DNA of 63,912 nt, counting the filler, from Sandaracinaceae bacterium (GTDB lineage: Bacteria; Myxococcota_A; Polyangia; Polyangiales; JADJQN01): assembly GCA_947483975.1 (NCBI GenBank). It is 3 parts of 3 records of this genome, joined end to end, with 100 filler letters (N's around TTAATTAATTAA, not from the genome) between each part and the next. Parts side by side here need not be neighbours in the genome. Positions count along the whole stretch, not along the records: positions 1 to 24,823 come from CANKOL010000031.1; positions 24,924 to 49,585 come from CANKOL010000032.1; 1 more part is not named here. The stretch is one strand, 5' to 3'. Shown piece after piece: positions 17,729-28,300 of the stretch. Position 1 is the first letter of the stretch. Each line of letters begins with the position of its first letter. The translations under genes and the position numbers were made by a program. The notes under the pieces are model-generated. The model was not told the DNA's origin and made no database searches. It saw only the letters and a program-made list of their open reading frames with translations.

Positions 17729-18660
17729 ACGGCGCGGCGCGTTCGGCGACGGGCCCCCACGACACCGGTGAGGGCCAGGAGGGCGAAGCCGACGAGCGCC
17801 GACGTGGACGTGCCTGCGCCGACGGCGCTGCAGTCGCAGCCCTCGTCGACGGCGCCGCAGGTCAGCGTCGCACCACCGCGCGGCGTGTCGTTGCAGGCCA
17901 CGCCGTCGAAGTGCCCGGGCGGGTAGACGGTGCAGAAGCCCTCGACGTCGTCGGGCTTGAGCGTGCGCTTGCCGACCTCTCCGGCGACCGAGCTCGCGAA
18001 CATCGCGGCGGTGGTGATCGGCGTATGCGCGAGCCCAAAGTAGTGACCAGCCTCGTGGGTGATCACGTTCTGGAGGTCGACACGCCCATCGGCGCAGCCC
18101 GTGGCCGCTGGGCAGTCGGCGTAGGTGTGCCCGTCCTCGTTGATCTCCATGTCGACGTCGTAGATCTCGCCGGTCCGGGTGCTGTGCCAGACCGTCGTGA
18201 CGGCGTACGCGCTCGAGTCGTAGTCGCGCGCCGCCCAGTCCTGCACGAAGACGATCGTGCTCACGTTGGCGCCGCCCGTGACGTACGCGGAGGCGTCGCA
18301 CTGGCTCGCGCTGGGGCTCAAATGCGCCTCGAGGTTGGGCATCCCGTCGACCGTGACGCCGGTGCAGTCGATGGACTCCCACTGCGCGAACGACGTCTCG
18401 AAGATGGTGCGCACCGTCGCGAGCGGGAGCGTGCGCGAGCCGTCGGCGAAGATGTTGTAGCGCGAGCACGGGCGGTGCCACTCGAGGGGGATGCCCGTGG
18501 GGCACATCCCGAAGGGCGCCGGCAACTGGGACGTGGTCATGCGACACCAGGCGCGCGCCGAGGGCGGCACGGCGAGCGCGATGAGGAGGGCCGCGAACGC
18601 CGCGAGCACACCCGGCGCGGCGCGCAGGGCGCGCACAGCGAGGCGGCGCTCAGGGCGCAC
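17725..18660 (-). CDS. Matrixin-family (metzincin) metalloprotease with MYXO-CTERM-like tail
   Basis: THEAGHYFGLAH zinc motif, Met-turn AAMFA, C-terminal GCDCSAVG...FALLALTGVVGARRRTRR. Start uncertain (GTG at 18660 or 18636). Confidence 0.88.
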   Translation of the reverse strand: MRPERRLAVRALRAAPGVLAAFAALLIALAVPPSARAWCRMTTSQLPAPFGMCPTGIPLEWHRPCSRYNIFADGSRTLPLATVRTIFETSFAQWESIDCTGVTVDGMPNLEAHLSPSASQCDASAYVTGGANVSTIVFVQDWAARDYDSSAYAVTTVWHSTRTGEIYDVDMEINEDGHTYADCPAATGCADGRVDLQNVITHEAGHYFGLAHTPITTAAMFASSVAGEVGKRTLKPDDVEGFCTVYPPGHFDGVACNDTPRGGATLTCGAVDEGCDCSAVGAGTSTSALVGFALLALTGVVGARRRTRRAV

Positions 18661-19249
18661 GGCGGGCCCCCGACGAGAGCGCGCGCACGGCTTCGCGCAC
18701 CTCTGCGAGGGGGCGCGGGGAGGCGAGCGCGGGGGGCGCTGCCGCGAGCCCCCTGGTCCCGCCCTGCACGAGCGCGAGACCGTCACCCCCCGGCAGGACG
18801 AGGTCGTCTCCGCTCGGGGCACCGCGCTCGCGCATGGGCATCACGCCCTGCGCCATGCCGACCGCCCTCAGGTGCGCCGGGTTCAGCTGCGACGGCGCGG
18901 CGAAGAGCAGCACGAGCGCGCCGTCCGCGAAGAGCGGCTCGCCCTCGATGCGCATCCCGACCTCCCCGACCTCGCCTCCGAAGCGCTCGAGCACGAGGAG
19001 CTCTCCCGGCCGCGCCCCGCCCTTCAGGGACTCCTCGACGCGCAGCGAGACGTCGGTGACGATGCGCCCCGACGAGTCCCAGCGAGCGTGCTGGGCCTCC
19101 ACGCGCACGACGACGGCGTGCGAAGCACGTTGCACGAGCGTCGGCAGGTCGAGCGCGACCATCACCGACGCAGAGGCCGGGAGCGCGACGGCGAGCGCGA
19201 GGCCGAGGGCCGCGAGCGAGACCAAGAATCGACGAGTTTGCACGGGCAC
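18650..19249 (-). CDS. Hypothetical secreted protein upstream of the matrixin
   Basis: Signal peptide ...LAVALPASA-S, then LDLPTLVQRASHAVVVRV, GRIVT, GGEVG. Overlaps the matrixin start. Confidence 0.8.
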   Translation of the reverse strand: MPVQTRRFLVSLAALGLALAVALPASASVMVALDLPTLVQRASHAVVVRVEAQHARWDSSGRIVTDVSLRVEESLKGGARPGELLVLERFGGEVGEVGMRIEGEPLFADGALVLLFAAPSQLNPAHLRAVGMAQGVMPMRERGAPSGDDLVLPGGDGLALVQGGTRGLAAAPPALASPRPLAEVREAVRALSSGARRAP

Positions 19250-19330
19250 AGCATGAGGAGCGCCCCACACCTGGGTCAAGCGCAGGCAGCGGAAGAACCA
19301 CGCCTGCGCGACGGGCAGGCCCTGGAACGG

Positions 19331-19368
19331 CGAAGGCCGCGCTCCCCTGCGGGTTGGCGCGGCCTTCG
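19331..19368. other. 12-bp perfect stem-loop downstream of the OmpA-family gene
   Basis: CGAAGGCCGCGC...GCGCGGCCTTCG. No U-tract on the minus strand, so the role (terminator or RNA stabiliser) is uncertain. Confidence 0.5.
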
Positions 19369-19393
19369 GCGAACCGAGCGAGCGGACCGCGAC

Positions 19394-21709
19394 TCAGGGC
19401 GTCGCTTCGGCCTGCTCGACGATCATGAACTGCGAGCGGCGATTGCGCGCGCGGTTCGCGGGCGTGATGTTCGGGACGAGCGGGCGCGTCGCGCCGTAGC
19501 CCTTGGCCTCGAGCCGACCCGCCTCGACGCCGCCCTGCTCGATGAGCCAGCGACGCACGGCGTCGGCACGACGCTGCGAGAGGTCGAGGTTGTGGTCAGC
19601 CGAGCCGACGTTGTCGGTGTGGCCCTGGAGCTCGATCCTGGTGATCTGCGGGTTGCGCAGCATCGCGTCGGCGATCTCCGTCAGCAGTCCGGTGCTCGAC
19701 GCGTCGATCACGTCGCTGTCGGTCGCGAAGTTGATCTGGCGGCGGATCACGATCTCGCGGCGGTTGATCGTGACGGTCGCGCGGCGCGGCTTGCTGACGA
19801 GCGTGACCGAGACGTTCGTCGTCTCGCGGGGGCGGACCTCGAAGGTCGCGATCTTCAGGAGGAAGCCCTCGGCCTCGAGGCGAGCGGTGTAGCTGCCGGG
19901 GGTCAGGCCATCCAGCGTGAAGTTGCCAGCGCCGTCGGTCGTCGCCTGACGAGCCATCGGGCCGGTGATGGCGACCGCGGTGCCGGTGACGGCAGCGCCG
20001 GTGTCGCCCGTGACGTTCGCGCGGACGTTGCCGAGGCGCGGAAGCGGCTCGAGCTCGCAGCGGACCTCGACGACGGGGACGGTGACTGCGGCGGCCGGGA
20101 CGGGAGCGGCCCCAGCGGCGGCGGGCTCAGCGGCCGCGGGGGCGGCGATCGTCGCGACGCAGGTCCCCGCGTTGTACTCGGGGTGACTGACGTCGAAGCG
20201 CACTTCGCCGGGGTCGAGCTCGTAGGTGGTGAAGGTGCCGTCCGGCGCGGCGTGGAGCGCCGTGAGCGTGCGGCCGGGGAAGTCGATGTTCGCGCCAGCG
20301 ATCGCCGTGCCCGAGCCGCGCTCGACGACGACACCGTGGATGCGGCCCTTGGGCGGAGCGGGCGTCTCGCGGACGACCTCGACCGGGACCTCGCGGACGA
20401 CCTCGACGCGCTCGACGCGCTCGTGCGTGTCGTAGGCGTAGGCGAGGCCGAGCAGCACGTCGTAGGGCGCGGTCGCGGCCATCTCGCGCACGGGGTTCGA
20501 GACACCCGTGACGCCGATGTCGACGGCTGCGAACGCCGCGAGACCACGGACCGGCGGCAGCACGCGCACGCCGAGGGTCAAGGTCTGCGGGAACGCGCCC
20601 GCGCCCTGGATGTCGAGGCAGCCGTCATCGCCCGCGAGCGGGGTCGAGCCGCCGGGGGTGCTCGGCACGAAGAGGCAGCTGTAGCCCTGCCGGTTGATCG
20701 GCACGCCGAGGCGCCACTCGAGCATCGGGCTGATGTAGAAGTTCTCCATCGCCTTGAGCGGCGCCTCGAGGCCGAGGGCGAACGTCAGGCGGTCGAGGCG
20801 GTTGATGCCGAGCGCGAAGCGCTCGACGCGCGTCAGCAGGTTGCGCGTCTCGTCGCCGTAGGTCGGGTCCGCGTCGGGGAGCGCGGCGTAGCGCTCGTGC
20901 TCGATCGTGTTCGTCAGCTGCGACGAGTTGTCGATGTAGTACTGGAGGTTGAAGCGCGCGACGAGCGGGATGGCGCTCGCGAGGCGGCGGAAGTCGGCGG
21001 ACACGTTGCCGCGCATACCGAGGCTCGTGCTCTTGCCGACGAGGCCGATGTCGCCGACCGTGTTCAGCAGGCCGAGCGTCAGGTCACCGCCGAGCGTGAG
21101 CCAGGGGTTCGACGGGAGCGTGTAGAAGAGCTTCGCGCCGAGCGTGGTGTCGCCGAGCACCTGGAAGAGCGGCGGGACCTCGGTGTCGTTCGAGTTCGCG
21201 TAGCTCGAGAGGTTGCCGAAGATCTCGAGGAAGTCGAAGGGCGTCCAGCTGATGCTGAGCGAGCCGCCGACGTGCGAATTCGTGTCGCCGACGTTGAGGA
21301 AGTCGCTCGCGACGAAGAAGTCGGTGCCGAGCTGCACGCGGAAGGTGCCGCGCGGGCCCGAGCCTGCGTCGAGCACGCGGATGCCGCCCGTCGAGCCACC
21401 CCAGGTGTTGTGCGAGAGAAAACGCTGCTCGCGCAGGCGCTCAGTGTCTTCCTCGGGGGTGCCGGGCGCGGCCGCGTCGCCGTCCTCGGACGAGGCGTCG
21501 TCGACGACGTCCTCGTCGCCGGTCGCGGCGGCATCATCTGCCGTCGCCGCGGGGCCAGCAGCCGTCCCGGCGGCTGGTTCGGTAGCGTTGTCGAACTCGT
21601 CCTCGAAGTCGTCCTGCGCGAAAGCAGAAGACGTCGTCAGACCCACGCCGGCGATGAGCGCTGCGGCGAGAAGGACGGGGAGATTGGAGGGAAGATTCGC
21701 GAAGCGCAT
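19394..21709 (-). CDS. OmpA-family outer-membrane protein (putative beta-barrel + carboxypeptidase-regulatory-like domains + OmpA C-domain)
   Basis: Signal peptide; C-terminal INFATDS, LQGHTDNVG, NLDLSQRRADAV, GYGATRP, RARNRR. Confidence 0.92.
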   Translation of the reverse strand: MRFANLPSNLPVLLAAALIAGVGLTTSSAFAQDDFEDEFDNATEPAAGTAAGPAATADDAAATGDEDVVDDASSEDGDAAAPGTPEEDTERLREQRFLSHNTWGGSTGGIRVLDAGSGPRGTFRVQLGTDFFVASDFLNVGDTNSHVGGSLSISWTPFDFLEIFGNLSSYANSNDTEVPPLFQVLGDTTLGAKLFYTLPSNPWLTLGGDLTLGLLNTVGDIGLVGKSTSLGMRGNVSADFRRLASAIPLVARFNLQYYIDNSSQLTNTIEHERYAALPDADPTYGDETRNLLTRVERFALGINRLDRLTFALGLEAPLKAMENFYISPMLEWRLGVPINRQGYSCLFVPSTPGGSTPLAGDDGCLDIQGAGAFPQTLTLGVRVLPPVRGLAAFAAVDIGVTGVSNPVREMAATAPYDVLLGLAYAYDTHERVERVEVVREVPVEVVRETPAPPKGRIHGVVVERGSGTAIAGANIDFPGRTLTALHAAPDGTFTTYELDPGEVRFDVSHPEYNAGTCVATIAAPAAAEPAAAGAAPVPAAAVTVPVVEVRCELEPLPRLGNVRANVTGDTGAAVTGTAVAITGPMARQATTDGAGNFTLDGLTPGSYTARLEAEGFLLKIATFEVRPRETTNVSVTLVSKPRRATVTINRREIVIRRQINFATDSDVIDASSTGLLTEIADAMLRNPQITRIELQGHTDNVGSADHNLDLSQRRADAVRRWLIEQGGVEAGRLEAKGYGATRPLVPNITPANRARNRRSQFMIVEQAEATP

Positions 21710-21838
21710 CGGAGCTCCTTGCCCGGAACGGCAGGCGCCGGGGTTCGTACCCGCCCCGACAGCCGCGCTTTCATACACCGTTCGCGCGCAAAGGTCCAAG
21801 AAGGAAGGTGCGGGAGCACCGTGGCTCCCCGTGAGGGC

Positions 21839-22180
21839 TCAGCGACCGCTCGGCACCGTGAGGCGGACGTTGCCGCTCGGCGCGATCATCACGGTGTGCG
21901 GAGCAGGCGCGACGCCGCCGCCATCCGGGACGAAGCGGACGGTCGCGAGGCCCCCAGGAACGCCGGCGATGGTGCACGCGGCGGCCGTCGTGTGGCACGA
22001 GTAGGAGCGCGCGCCTGGGGCGTTGGGCGTCACCGTGACGGTGCCGTTGGCCGCGGGCCGCACCTCGACCTGCACGGTCGCCTCGGCGCGGGCGGTGCCG
22101 AGGACCGCCGTGCCGAGCGCGGCGAGCGTGAAGGCGAGCGTGAGCGCGAAGGGAGCGAGGCGGGCGCGCGTCGGGGACAT
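21839..22180 (-). CDS. Small secreted hypothetical protein
   Basis: Last 113 aa of ORF 21839..23578: MSPTRARLAPFALTLAF signal, beta-rich body with two Cys; GAGG before ATG. Confidence 0.7.
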   Translation of the reverse strand: MSPTRARLAPFALTLAFTLAALGTAVLGTARAEATVQVEVRPAANGTVTVTPNAPGARSYSCHTTAAACTIAGVPGGLATVRFVPDGGGVAPAPHTVMIAPSGNVRLTVPSGR

Positions 22181-22336
22181 CGGTTCAGACCTCGCGGAGG
22201 TGGACGACAGGGCGGCGGTGTGACGCAGCGGGCGGGGCGCTGATTCTATGGAGCCCGACCGAAGGACGCCAGGGCGCCGACCACGGAGCGCTGGCGTTTT
22301 CTGGCCATCGATCACGGCCGGGCTAGAGTCCCGGCC

Positions 22337-24697
22337 ATGAAGCGCCGTACTTCCCATGCTGCCAGGCCGCTCTTGGCGGGGCTCGCCACCATCCTCACCG
22401 CGCTGGCTGGCTGCAGCTCCGCGCGCAGCGGCCCGCCGGCGAACGCGGAGGCGCACATCCGGCAGGAGCAGGCGCGGACCCCAGCGGCGGACGTCACGCA
22501 CGCGCCCGAACCCGGTACTCCCCCGACCGAAGCTCACGTCGAAGCGCCGAGCCACAGCGGCAGCGTGCGCGTGCACTACGCGCTCGCGGGCCACGTCGCC
22601 CGCGCTGAGCTTCATGAAGGCGCCGTCCTCGTCGAGGATCACGGCGTTCCCGGCGGTGCCAAGTACACGCTCGGCGGCTGGCTCACGAGCACGGGCGAGG
22701 ATCGCGTGGTCGCGGGCGCGAGCGCGATGGTCATCCCGGGCATGAGCGCCAAGCTCGCCCTCCCCTCGGACGGAACCGCGGCACAGGTGCTCGCCGTGCG
22801 CGTGCGAGGTGCGCAGCGCGGTCGGCTGCAGGTCTTCCTGAACACGCACGAGATCGGCGGGGGCGACCTCGCGGCGGATGGCGCTTGGACGATCGTGCGG
22901 GTGTCGATCGCCGCGGGCGTCCTCAAGCGCGGCGAGAACACGCTGCTGCTCCGCTCGGGCAGCTCCGGCACGGCGGTCGACTGGGTGAAGCTCGGCCCCG
23001 CCGCGGAGGTCACGGACACCTCCCCGCCGACGCCGGAGCAGCTCTCGGTCACCGACGGGCACGCCGCCGCGCTCGCGCTGCCGGTGGGCCTGACGCTCGG
23101 CTTCGCGATGGAGGTGCCTGCTGCCGCGCGCCTGCGCGGGCTGGTCAAGGGGGTGGCCGGGGCGCGCCTCGAGGTCGTCGCCAAGCGCGACGGCGCGGAG
23201 GACCTCGTGCTGGCGCGCGTCGACGCGACGACCGCAGGCGCGGCCCTCGACGCCGACCTCGGCCCGCTCGCGGGCAGCATCGTGCGGCTCGATCTGCGCG
23301 CGGTCGGTGGCGAGGCGCACGTCGTCGCGCCGGAGGTCGTCACGCTCGACGGCGCCCCGCCGACGGCGACGCGCCCGATCAAGAACGCGATCGTCTACCT
23401 GATCGACACGCTGCGCGCAGACAAGCCGCAGGCGCTCAACGCGCACAGCCGCGTGCAGACGCCGGGGCTCGCGCGCTTCCTCGACAGCGCCGCCGTGATG
23501 ACCGGCGCGCACACCCAGGAGAACTGGACGAAGCCGAGCGTCGCGACGCTCCTCTCGTCGCTCTATCCGTGGCAGCACAACGCGGTGACGACCGAGGCCG
23601 TCGTGCCGGAGTCGGTCGAGATGATCTCGGAGACGCTCTCAGGGCGCGGCTTCTACACGGGCACGTTCATCGCGAACGGCTACGTCTCCGATCGCTTCGG
23701 CTTCCGGCAAGGCTGGAACACCTACCGCAACTACGTCCGAGAGGGGCGCCGGAACGTCGCGCAGTACGTCGCCGCCGATGTGCTCGAGTGGCTCGATCAG
23801 CGCCCGCAGGACAAGCCGTTCTTCCTCTACGTGCACGTCATCGACCCGCACGTCCCGTACAAGCCGCCGCATCAGTTCCTCGAGATGTACGACCCGGCGC
23901 CCTACGCTGGCGTCGTCGACTTCACCAACGACAGCGAGCTGCTCGAGAAGATCAAGGCGGGGCAGATCCCGCTGAACGCGCGCGACAAGGTGCACCTCGA
24001 GGCGCTCTACGACGGCGAGGTCAGCTACCAGGACGTCCACTTCAACTCGGTCATCGACGGGCTCGCGCGCCGCAACCTCGCGGACGACACGATGGTCATC
24101 ATCGTCGCGGATCATGGCGAGGAGTTCTGGGATCATGGCTCGGTCGGGCACGGGCACTCGGTGTGGGAGGAGCTGCTCCATGTGCCGATGATCGTGCGGC
24201 TGCCGGGCACGACGCCTGGCGCGACGCACATCCCCGACGCGGTCGGGCTGATCGACGTGGAGCCGACGGTGCTCGAGGCGCTCGGGCAGCGAATCCCCGA
24301 CGGGCTCGCGGGGCAGTCGTTCTTGCCGCTCTTGCGCGGCGAGACGCCGGACGCGCCGCGCATGACGGTGAGCGGCTTCATGGACGGCTGGCGCACTGTG
24401 GTCAGCGGGCGCTTCAAGCTGATCCACCGGACGCTCGAGCGGCAGATGGTCTACGACCTCGAGCGCGACCCGCACGAGCAGACGGACCTCGGCCCCGAGC
24501 ATCCCATCGCGGTGCGCTATCTGCGCGGGCTGCTCGGGCTCGGGCTCGGCGCGGCGGAGAGCACCCCGGCGACGACGCCCGGCGCGGCGCCACGGCGAGC
24601 GCGCCCGCAGGTGCACGAGCAAGAGACGACGACGATCGATCCGGAGACGGAAGCTCAGCTGCGCGCGCTCGGCTACGTGCCTGGCGCGCGCCGCTGA
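22337..24697 (+). CDS. Sulfatase-like (alkaline phosphatase superfamily) lipoprotein
   Basis: LAGC lipobox; IDTLRAD, WTKPSVATLLS, DPHVPY, LYDGEV, ADHGEEF, GHGH, LRALGY. Confidence 0.9.
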   Translation: MKRRTSHAARPLLAGLATILTALAGCSSARSGPPANAEAHIRQEQARTPAADVTHAPEPGTPPTEAHVEAPSHSGSVRVHYALAGHVARAELHEGAVLVEDHGVPGGAKYTLGGWLTSTGEDRVVAGASAMVIPGMSAKLALPSDGTAAQVLAVRVRGAQRGRLQVFLNTHEIGGGDLAADGAWTIVRVSIAAGVLKRGENTLLLRSGSSGTAVDWVKLGPAAEVTDTSPPTPEQLSVTDGHAAALALPVGLTLGFAMEVPAAARLRGLVKGVAGARLEVVAKRDGAEDLVLARVDATTAGAALDADLGPLAGSIVRLDLRAVGGEAHVVAPEVVTLDGAPPTATRPIKNAIVYLIDTLRADKPQALNAHSRVQTPGLARFLDSAAVMTGAHTQENWTKPSVATLLSSLYPWQHNAVTTEAVVPESVEMISETLSGRGFYTGTFIANGYVSDRFGFRQGWNTYRNYVREGRRNVAQYVAADVLEWLDQRPQDKPFFLYVHVIDPHVPYKPPHQFLEMYDPAPYAGVVDFTNDSELLEKIKAGQIPLNARDKVHLEALYDGEVSYQDVHFNSVIDGLARRNLADDTMVIIVADHGEEFWDHGSVGHGHSVWEELLHVPMIVRLPGTTPGATHIPDAVGLIDVEPTVLEALGQRIPDGLAGQSFLPLLRGETPDAPRMTVSGFMDGWRTVVSGRFKLIHRTLERQMVYDLERDPHEQTDLGPEHPIAVRYLRGLLGLGLGAAESTPATTPGAAPRRARPQVHEQETTTIDPETEAQLRALGYVPGARR

Positions 24698-24707
24698 AGC
24701 GCGCGGG

Positions 24708-24823
24708 TCAGCTCGCCTGGGGGCGGGGTGCGGGCTCTATGCGCCGCACTTCGCCGTCGGGGCGCGGCGGATGGGCCGGCACTGGCAGACCCCGGTCACC
24801 GTAGGCGAAGTAGCCCGGCGACG
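24708..24823 (-). CDS. 3' fragment of a gene cut by the contig end
   Basis: Open frame ...SPGYFAYGDRGLPVPAHPP...QAS-stop at 24708, converging on the sulfatase-like gene. Confidence 0.45.
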
Positions 24824-24923
24824 NNNNNNNNNNNNNNNNNNNNNNNNNNNNNNNNNNNNNNNNNNNNTTAATTAATTAANNNNNNNNNNNNNNNNNNNNN
24901 NNNNNNNNNNNNNNNNNNNNNNN
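24824..24923. other. Artificial contig linker
   Basis: N44-TTAATTAATTAA-N44; stop codons in all six frames. Confidence 0.98.
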
Positions 24924-25061
24924 CAGCGATGCGGCGACCCCGCCCGGCACGACCTCGGCGACGTACTCGAGGTGCCGCTTGTAGATGGTCCCCTTGATGC
25001 CGAAGGGGCCCGCGCCGGGCTCGAATGGCCACTTCGTGTGGTCGGGGACGAAGCTCGCCAT
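24924..25061 (-). CDS. 5' fragment of a hypothetical protein cut by the contig end
   Basis: MASFVPDHTKWPFEPGAGPFGIKGTIYKRHLEYV... runs into the gap. Confidence 0.6.
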
Positions 25062-25182
25062 CGCGATCAATTGCGCGGCACCCCCGCGCCACGCAAACCG
25101 AGCGCCCTCGCGAGCGCACAGCGCAGGCTCACGCGCAATCGAGAGGCGGCGAGCCTCGAGCCCTCACGCTACGCTGCCACCC

Positions 25183-25317
25183 ATGATGGGTATCGGCGTC
25201 GGAGAGCTCATGATCATCGCCAGCCTCTGCTGCGGCCTAGTCGTCGGCGGCGGCGGCCTCGTCGGAGGCGCCGTCGCCGTCTACTACGCGCTCAAGAGGA
25301 GGCCCGAGGGCGACTAG
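25183..25317 (+). CDS. Small (44 aa) membrane protein
   Basis: MMGIGVGELMIIASLCCGLVVGGGGLVGGAVAVYYALKRRPEGD: hydrophobic core, basic tail. Stop overlaps the nrdJ stop (CTAG). Confidence 0.55.
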   Translation: MMGIGVGELMIIASLCCGLVVGGGGLVGGAVAVYYALKRRPEGD

Positions 25318-28300
25318 GAGCAGCCCATCGAGTTGCCGCAGTTCAGGCACTTGTAGCAAGCGCCGTTGCGGACCGTGATGTGCCCGCAGCCGTCGCACAT
25401 CGGCGCGTCGCCCATCATCGAGCTGAGCTGCACGTCGAGCGCGTTGGCGCTGGTGTGTGCGTCGGGCTTGTGCCCGATCGCCTCCGCCTCGAAGCGCAGC
25501 GCCTGCTGCGGCGCGGGCTCTGTGAGCGCCGCCGGCGGGATGCTCTGCGTCTCCGACGGGCCTCCGACGTCGGTCGGGTTCATCTGCTCCTCCGTCGGAG
25601 GTACGTGCGCGAGGTCGTACCTGCGCAGGTACTCGACGCCGAGCACGCGGAACACGTAGTCGATCATCGAGGTCGCGAGCTTGATGTTCGGGTGCCCGTC
25701 CACCATGCCCTGCGGCTCGAAGCGCGTGAACGTGAACTGCTCGACGTAGCTCTCGAGCGGCACGCCGTGCTGCAGGCCCATCGAGACGCTGATGGCGAAG
25801 CAGTTCATCAGCGAGCGGAAGGCGGCGCCCTCCTTGTGCATGTCGATGAAGATCTCGCCGAGCGCGCCGTTCTCGTACTCGCCCGTGCGCAGGAAGATCT
25901 TGTGTCCGGCGACGCGCGCCTCCTGCGTGAAGCCCGTGCGCTTCTTCGGCAGGCGATGGCGGTTCGTCTTCGGCGGGTTGGCCGTCTCGCGCTCGAGCTT
26001 GACCGGCAGGCTCGCGACGGTCTGCGCCAGCGCGGGCTGCGCGGCGACGAGCTGCACGTCGGCGGGCAGGTCCTTGACGGGCTTCTTGCCCGCCTTGTCG
26101 GCGGCGTTCTTCGCCGTCTGCTTGTCGCCCGCGTCGTCCTTCTGGTCCTCGTTCGAGGTGTTGAGCGGCTGCGACGCCTTGCAGCCGTCGCGGTAGAGCG
26201 CGACCGCCTTCAGGCCGAGCTTCCAGCCCTCCATGTAGACGTTCGCGACCTCTTCGACCGTCGCGTCGTTCGGCAGGTTCACGGTCTTGGAGATCGCGCC
26301 CGACAGGAACGGCTGCGCGGCCGCCATCATGCGGACGTGCGACATCGGCGCGAGGTAGCGCTGCCCGTGCTTGCCGCAGCGGTTCGCGCAGTCGAAGACC
26401 GGCAGATGCTCGGCGCGCAGGTGCGGCGCGCCCTCGATCGTCATGCGACCGACGATGTGATCGTTGAGCTCATCCGTCTGCGCCTGCGTCAGCCCGAAGT
26501 GCTTGAGCAGCGAGAAGCCCGGCTTGCTCAGCGTCGTCTGGTCGATGCCGAGGCGGTCGTACGCCTCCTTGCCGATCACCCAGGGGGCGAGCGCGAGCGA
26601 GACGTCGAACGCGCCCGCGAGCGCGCCCTCGGCCTTGTCGATCTCGCGGTCGTTGAGCCCGCGGTCGAGCAGCCCGCGCCGGTTGAGGTGCGGCGCGCCC
26701 GTGAAGGTGTTGGTGCCCGTGACGTACGCGACGATCGCCGCGACCTCTGCCTTGGAGTAGCCGAGCGACTCGAGCGCGCCCGGCACCGACTGATTGACGA
26801 TCTTGAAGTAGCCGCCGCCCGCGAGCTTCTTGAACTTCACGAGCGCGAAGTCCGGCTCGATGCCCGTGGTGTCGCAGTCCATCAGCAGGCCGATGGTGCC
26901 AGTCGGCGCGAGCACGGTCGTCTGCGCGTTGCGATAGCCGAACTGCTCGCCGAGGCGCACCGCCTCGTCCCAGTCCTGCTGCGCGGCGCTGAGCAGGTAC
27001 TCCGGGCAGACCTCGTTCGGATCGCGCGTCGAGTTCTCGCCGGGGCGCCCGTTGATCTTGTAGGCCGCGTCGCGGTGCTTGCGCATCACGCGGAGCATCG
27101 GCTCACGGTTCTGCGGGAAGCCGGCGAACGAGCCCTTGCTCGCCGCGATCTCGGCCGAGACGCGGTACGCGTGCCCGGTGAGGATCGCCGTGAGCGAGCC
27201 ACACATCGCGCGCCCTTCGTCCGAGTCGTACGAGATGCCCATGCGCATCAGCAGCGTCCCGAGGTTCGCGTAGCCGAGGCCGAGCGGGCGATAGTCGTGG
27301 CTGTTCTGCGCGATCTGCTTGGTCGGATACGCGCTGAAGTCGACGAGGATCTCCTGCGCGAGGAACATCACGCGGATCGCGTGCCGATAGCCCTCCACGT
27401 CGAACTGACCATCATCCGAGCAGAGCTTGCTCAGGTTGATCGAGGAGAGGTTACAAGCGGTGTTGTCGAGGAACATGTACTCCGAGCACGGGTTGCTCGC
27501 GTTGATGCGATCCGTGTTCGGGCAGGTGTGCCAGTCGTTGATCGTGGTGTCGTATTGCAGACCCGGATCCGCGCACCACCAGGCGCTCTCGGAGAGCTTG
27601 CGCCAGAGGTCGCGCGCCTTGTAGGTGTCGCAGACCTGGCCATTGGTGCGCATATAAGTGCGCCAGTCGCCGTCGTTCTCGACTGCCGACATGAACGCGT
27701 CGGTGACTCGAATGCTGTTGTTCGAGTTCTGGCCCGAGACCGTGTGATAGGCCTCGCCGTTGAAGTCCGACGGATAGCCCGAGGCGATCAGCGCGCGCGC
27801 CTTCTTCTCCTCGCGGACCTTCCACTCGATGAAGTCGACGATCTCCGGGTGATCCATGTCGAGGCAGACCATCTTCGCCGCGCGCCGCGTGGTGCCGCCC
27901 GACTTGGTCGCGCCCGCCGCGCGATCGAGGACCTCGAGGAAGCTCATCAGGCCGCTCGAGGTGCCGCCGCCGGAGAGCTTCTCCTGCCGCCCGCGGAGCT
28001 TGCTGAAGTTCGTGCCGGTGCCCGAGCCGTACTTGAAGAGGCGCGCCTCGTTCTTGATCAGCTCGTAGATGTCCATCAGGTCGTCGCCGACCGACTGGAT
28101 GAAGCACGCCGAGCACTGGGGCTGCTCGTACGCGTTCTTCGTCTCGACGATCGCGCTCTGCGCGAGGTCCCACGCGTAGCTGCCGCCCTGGCCCGTGATG
28201 CCGTAGCGCTGAAAGAGCCCGCAGTTGAACCAGACGGGCGAGTTGAACGCCGCGGTCTGCGTGACGAGCAGGTGCAGGAGCTCCGCCTCGAAGGTGTCGG

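Noticed and set aside
19394..21709. Calling the OmpA-family gene traB (outer-membrane exchange)
   Set aside because: No thrombospondin type 3 repeats and no adjacent traA-like gene; the middle region is carboxypeptidase-regulatory-like.
18491..22243. 1250-aa plus-strand ORF
   Set aside because: Antisense shadow of the OmpA-family gene and its neighbours; no recognisable motifs.
22261..22301. Imperfect inverted repeat GAAGGACGCCAG...CTGGCGTTTTC
   Set aside because: It lies between divergent gene starts with a long loop; too weak to call a terminator or operator.
24824..24923. TTAATTAATTAA palindrome within N runs (also 49586-49685)
   Set aside because: Identical synthetic six-frame-stop linker used to concatenate contigs; not biological, and genes on either side are not neighbours.
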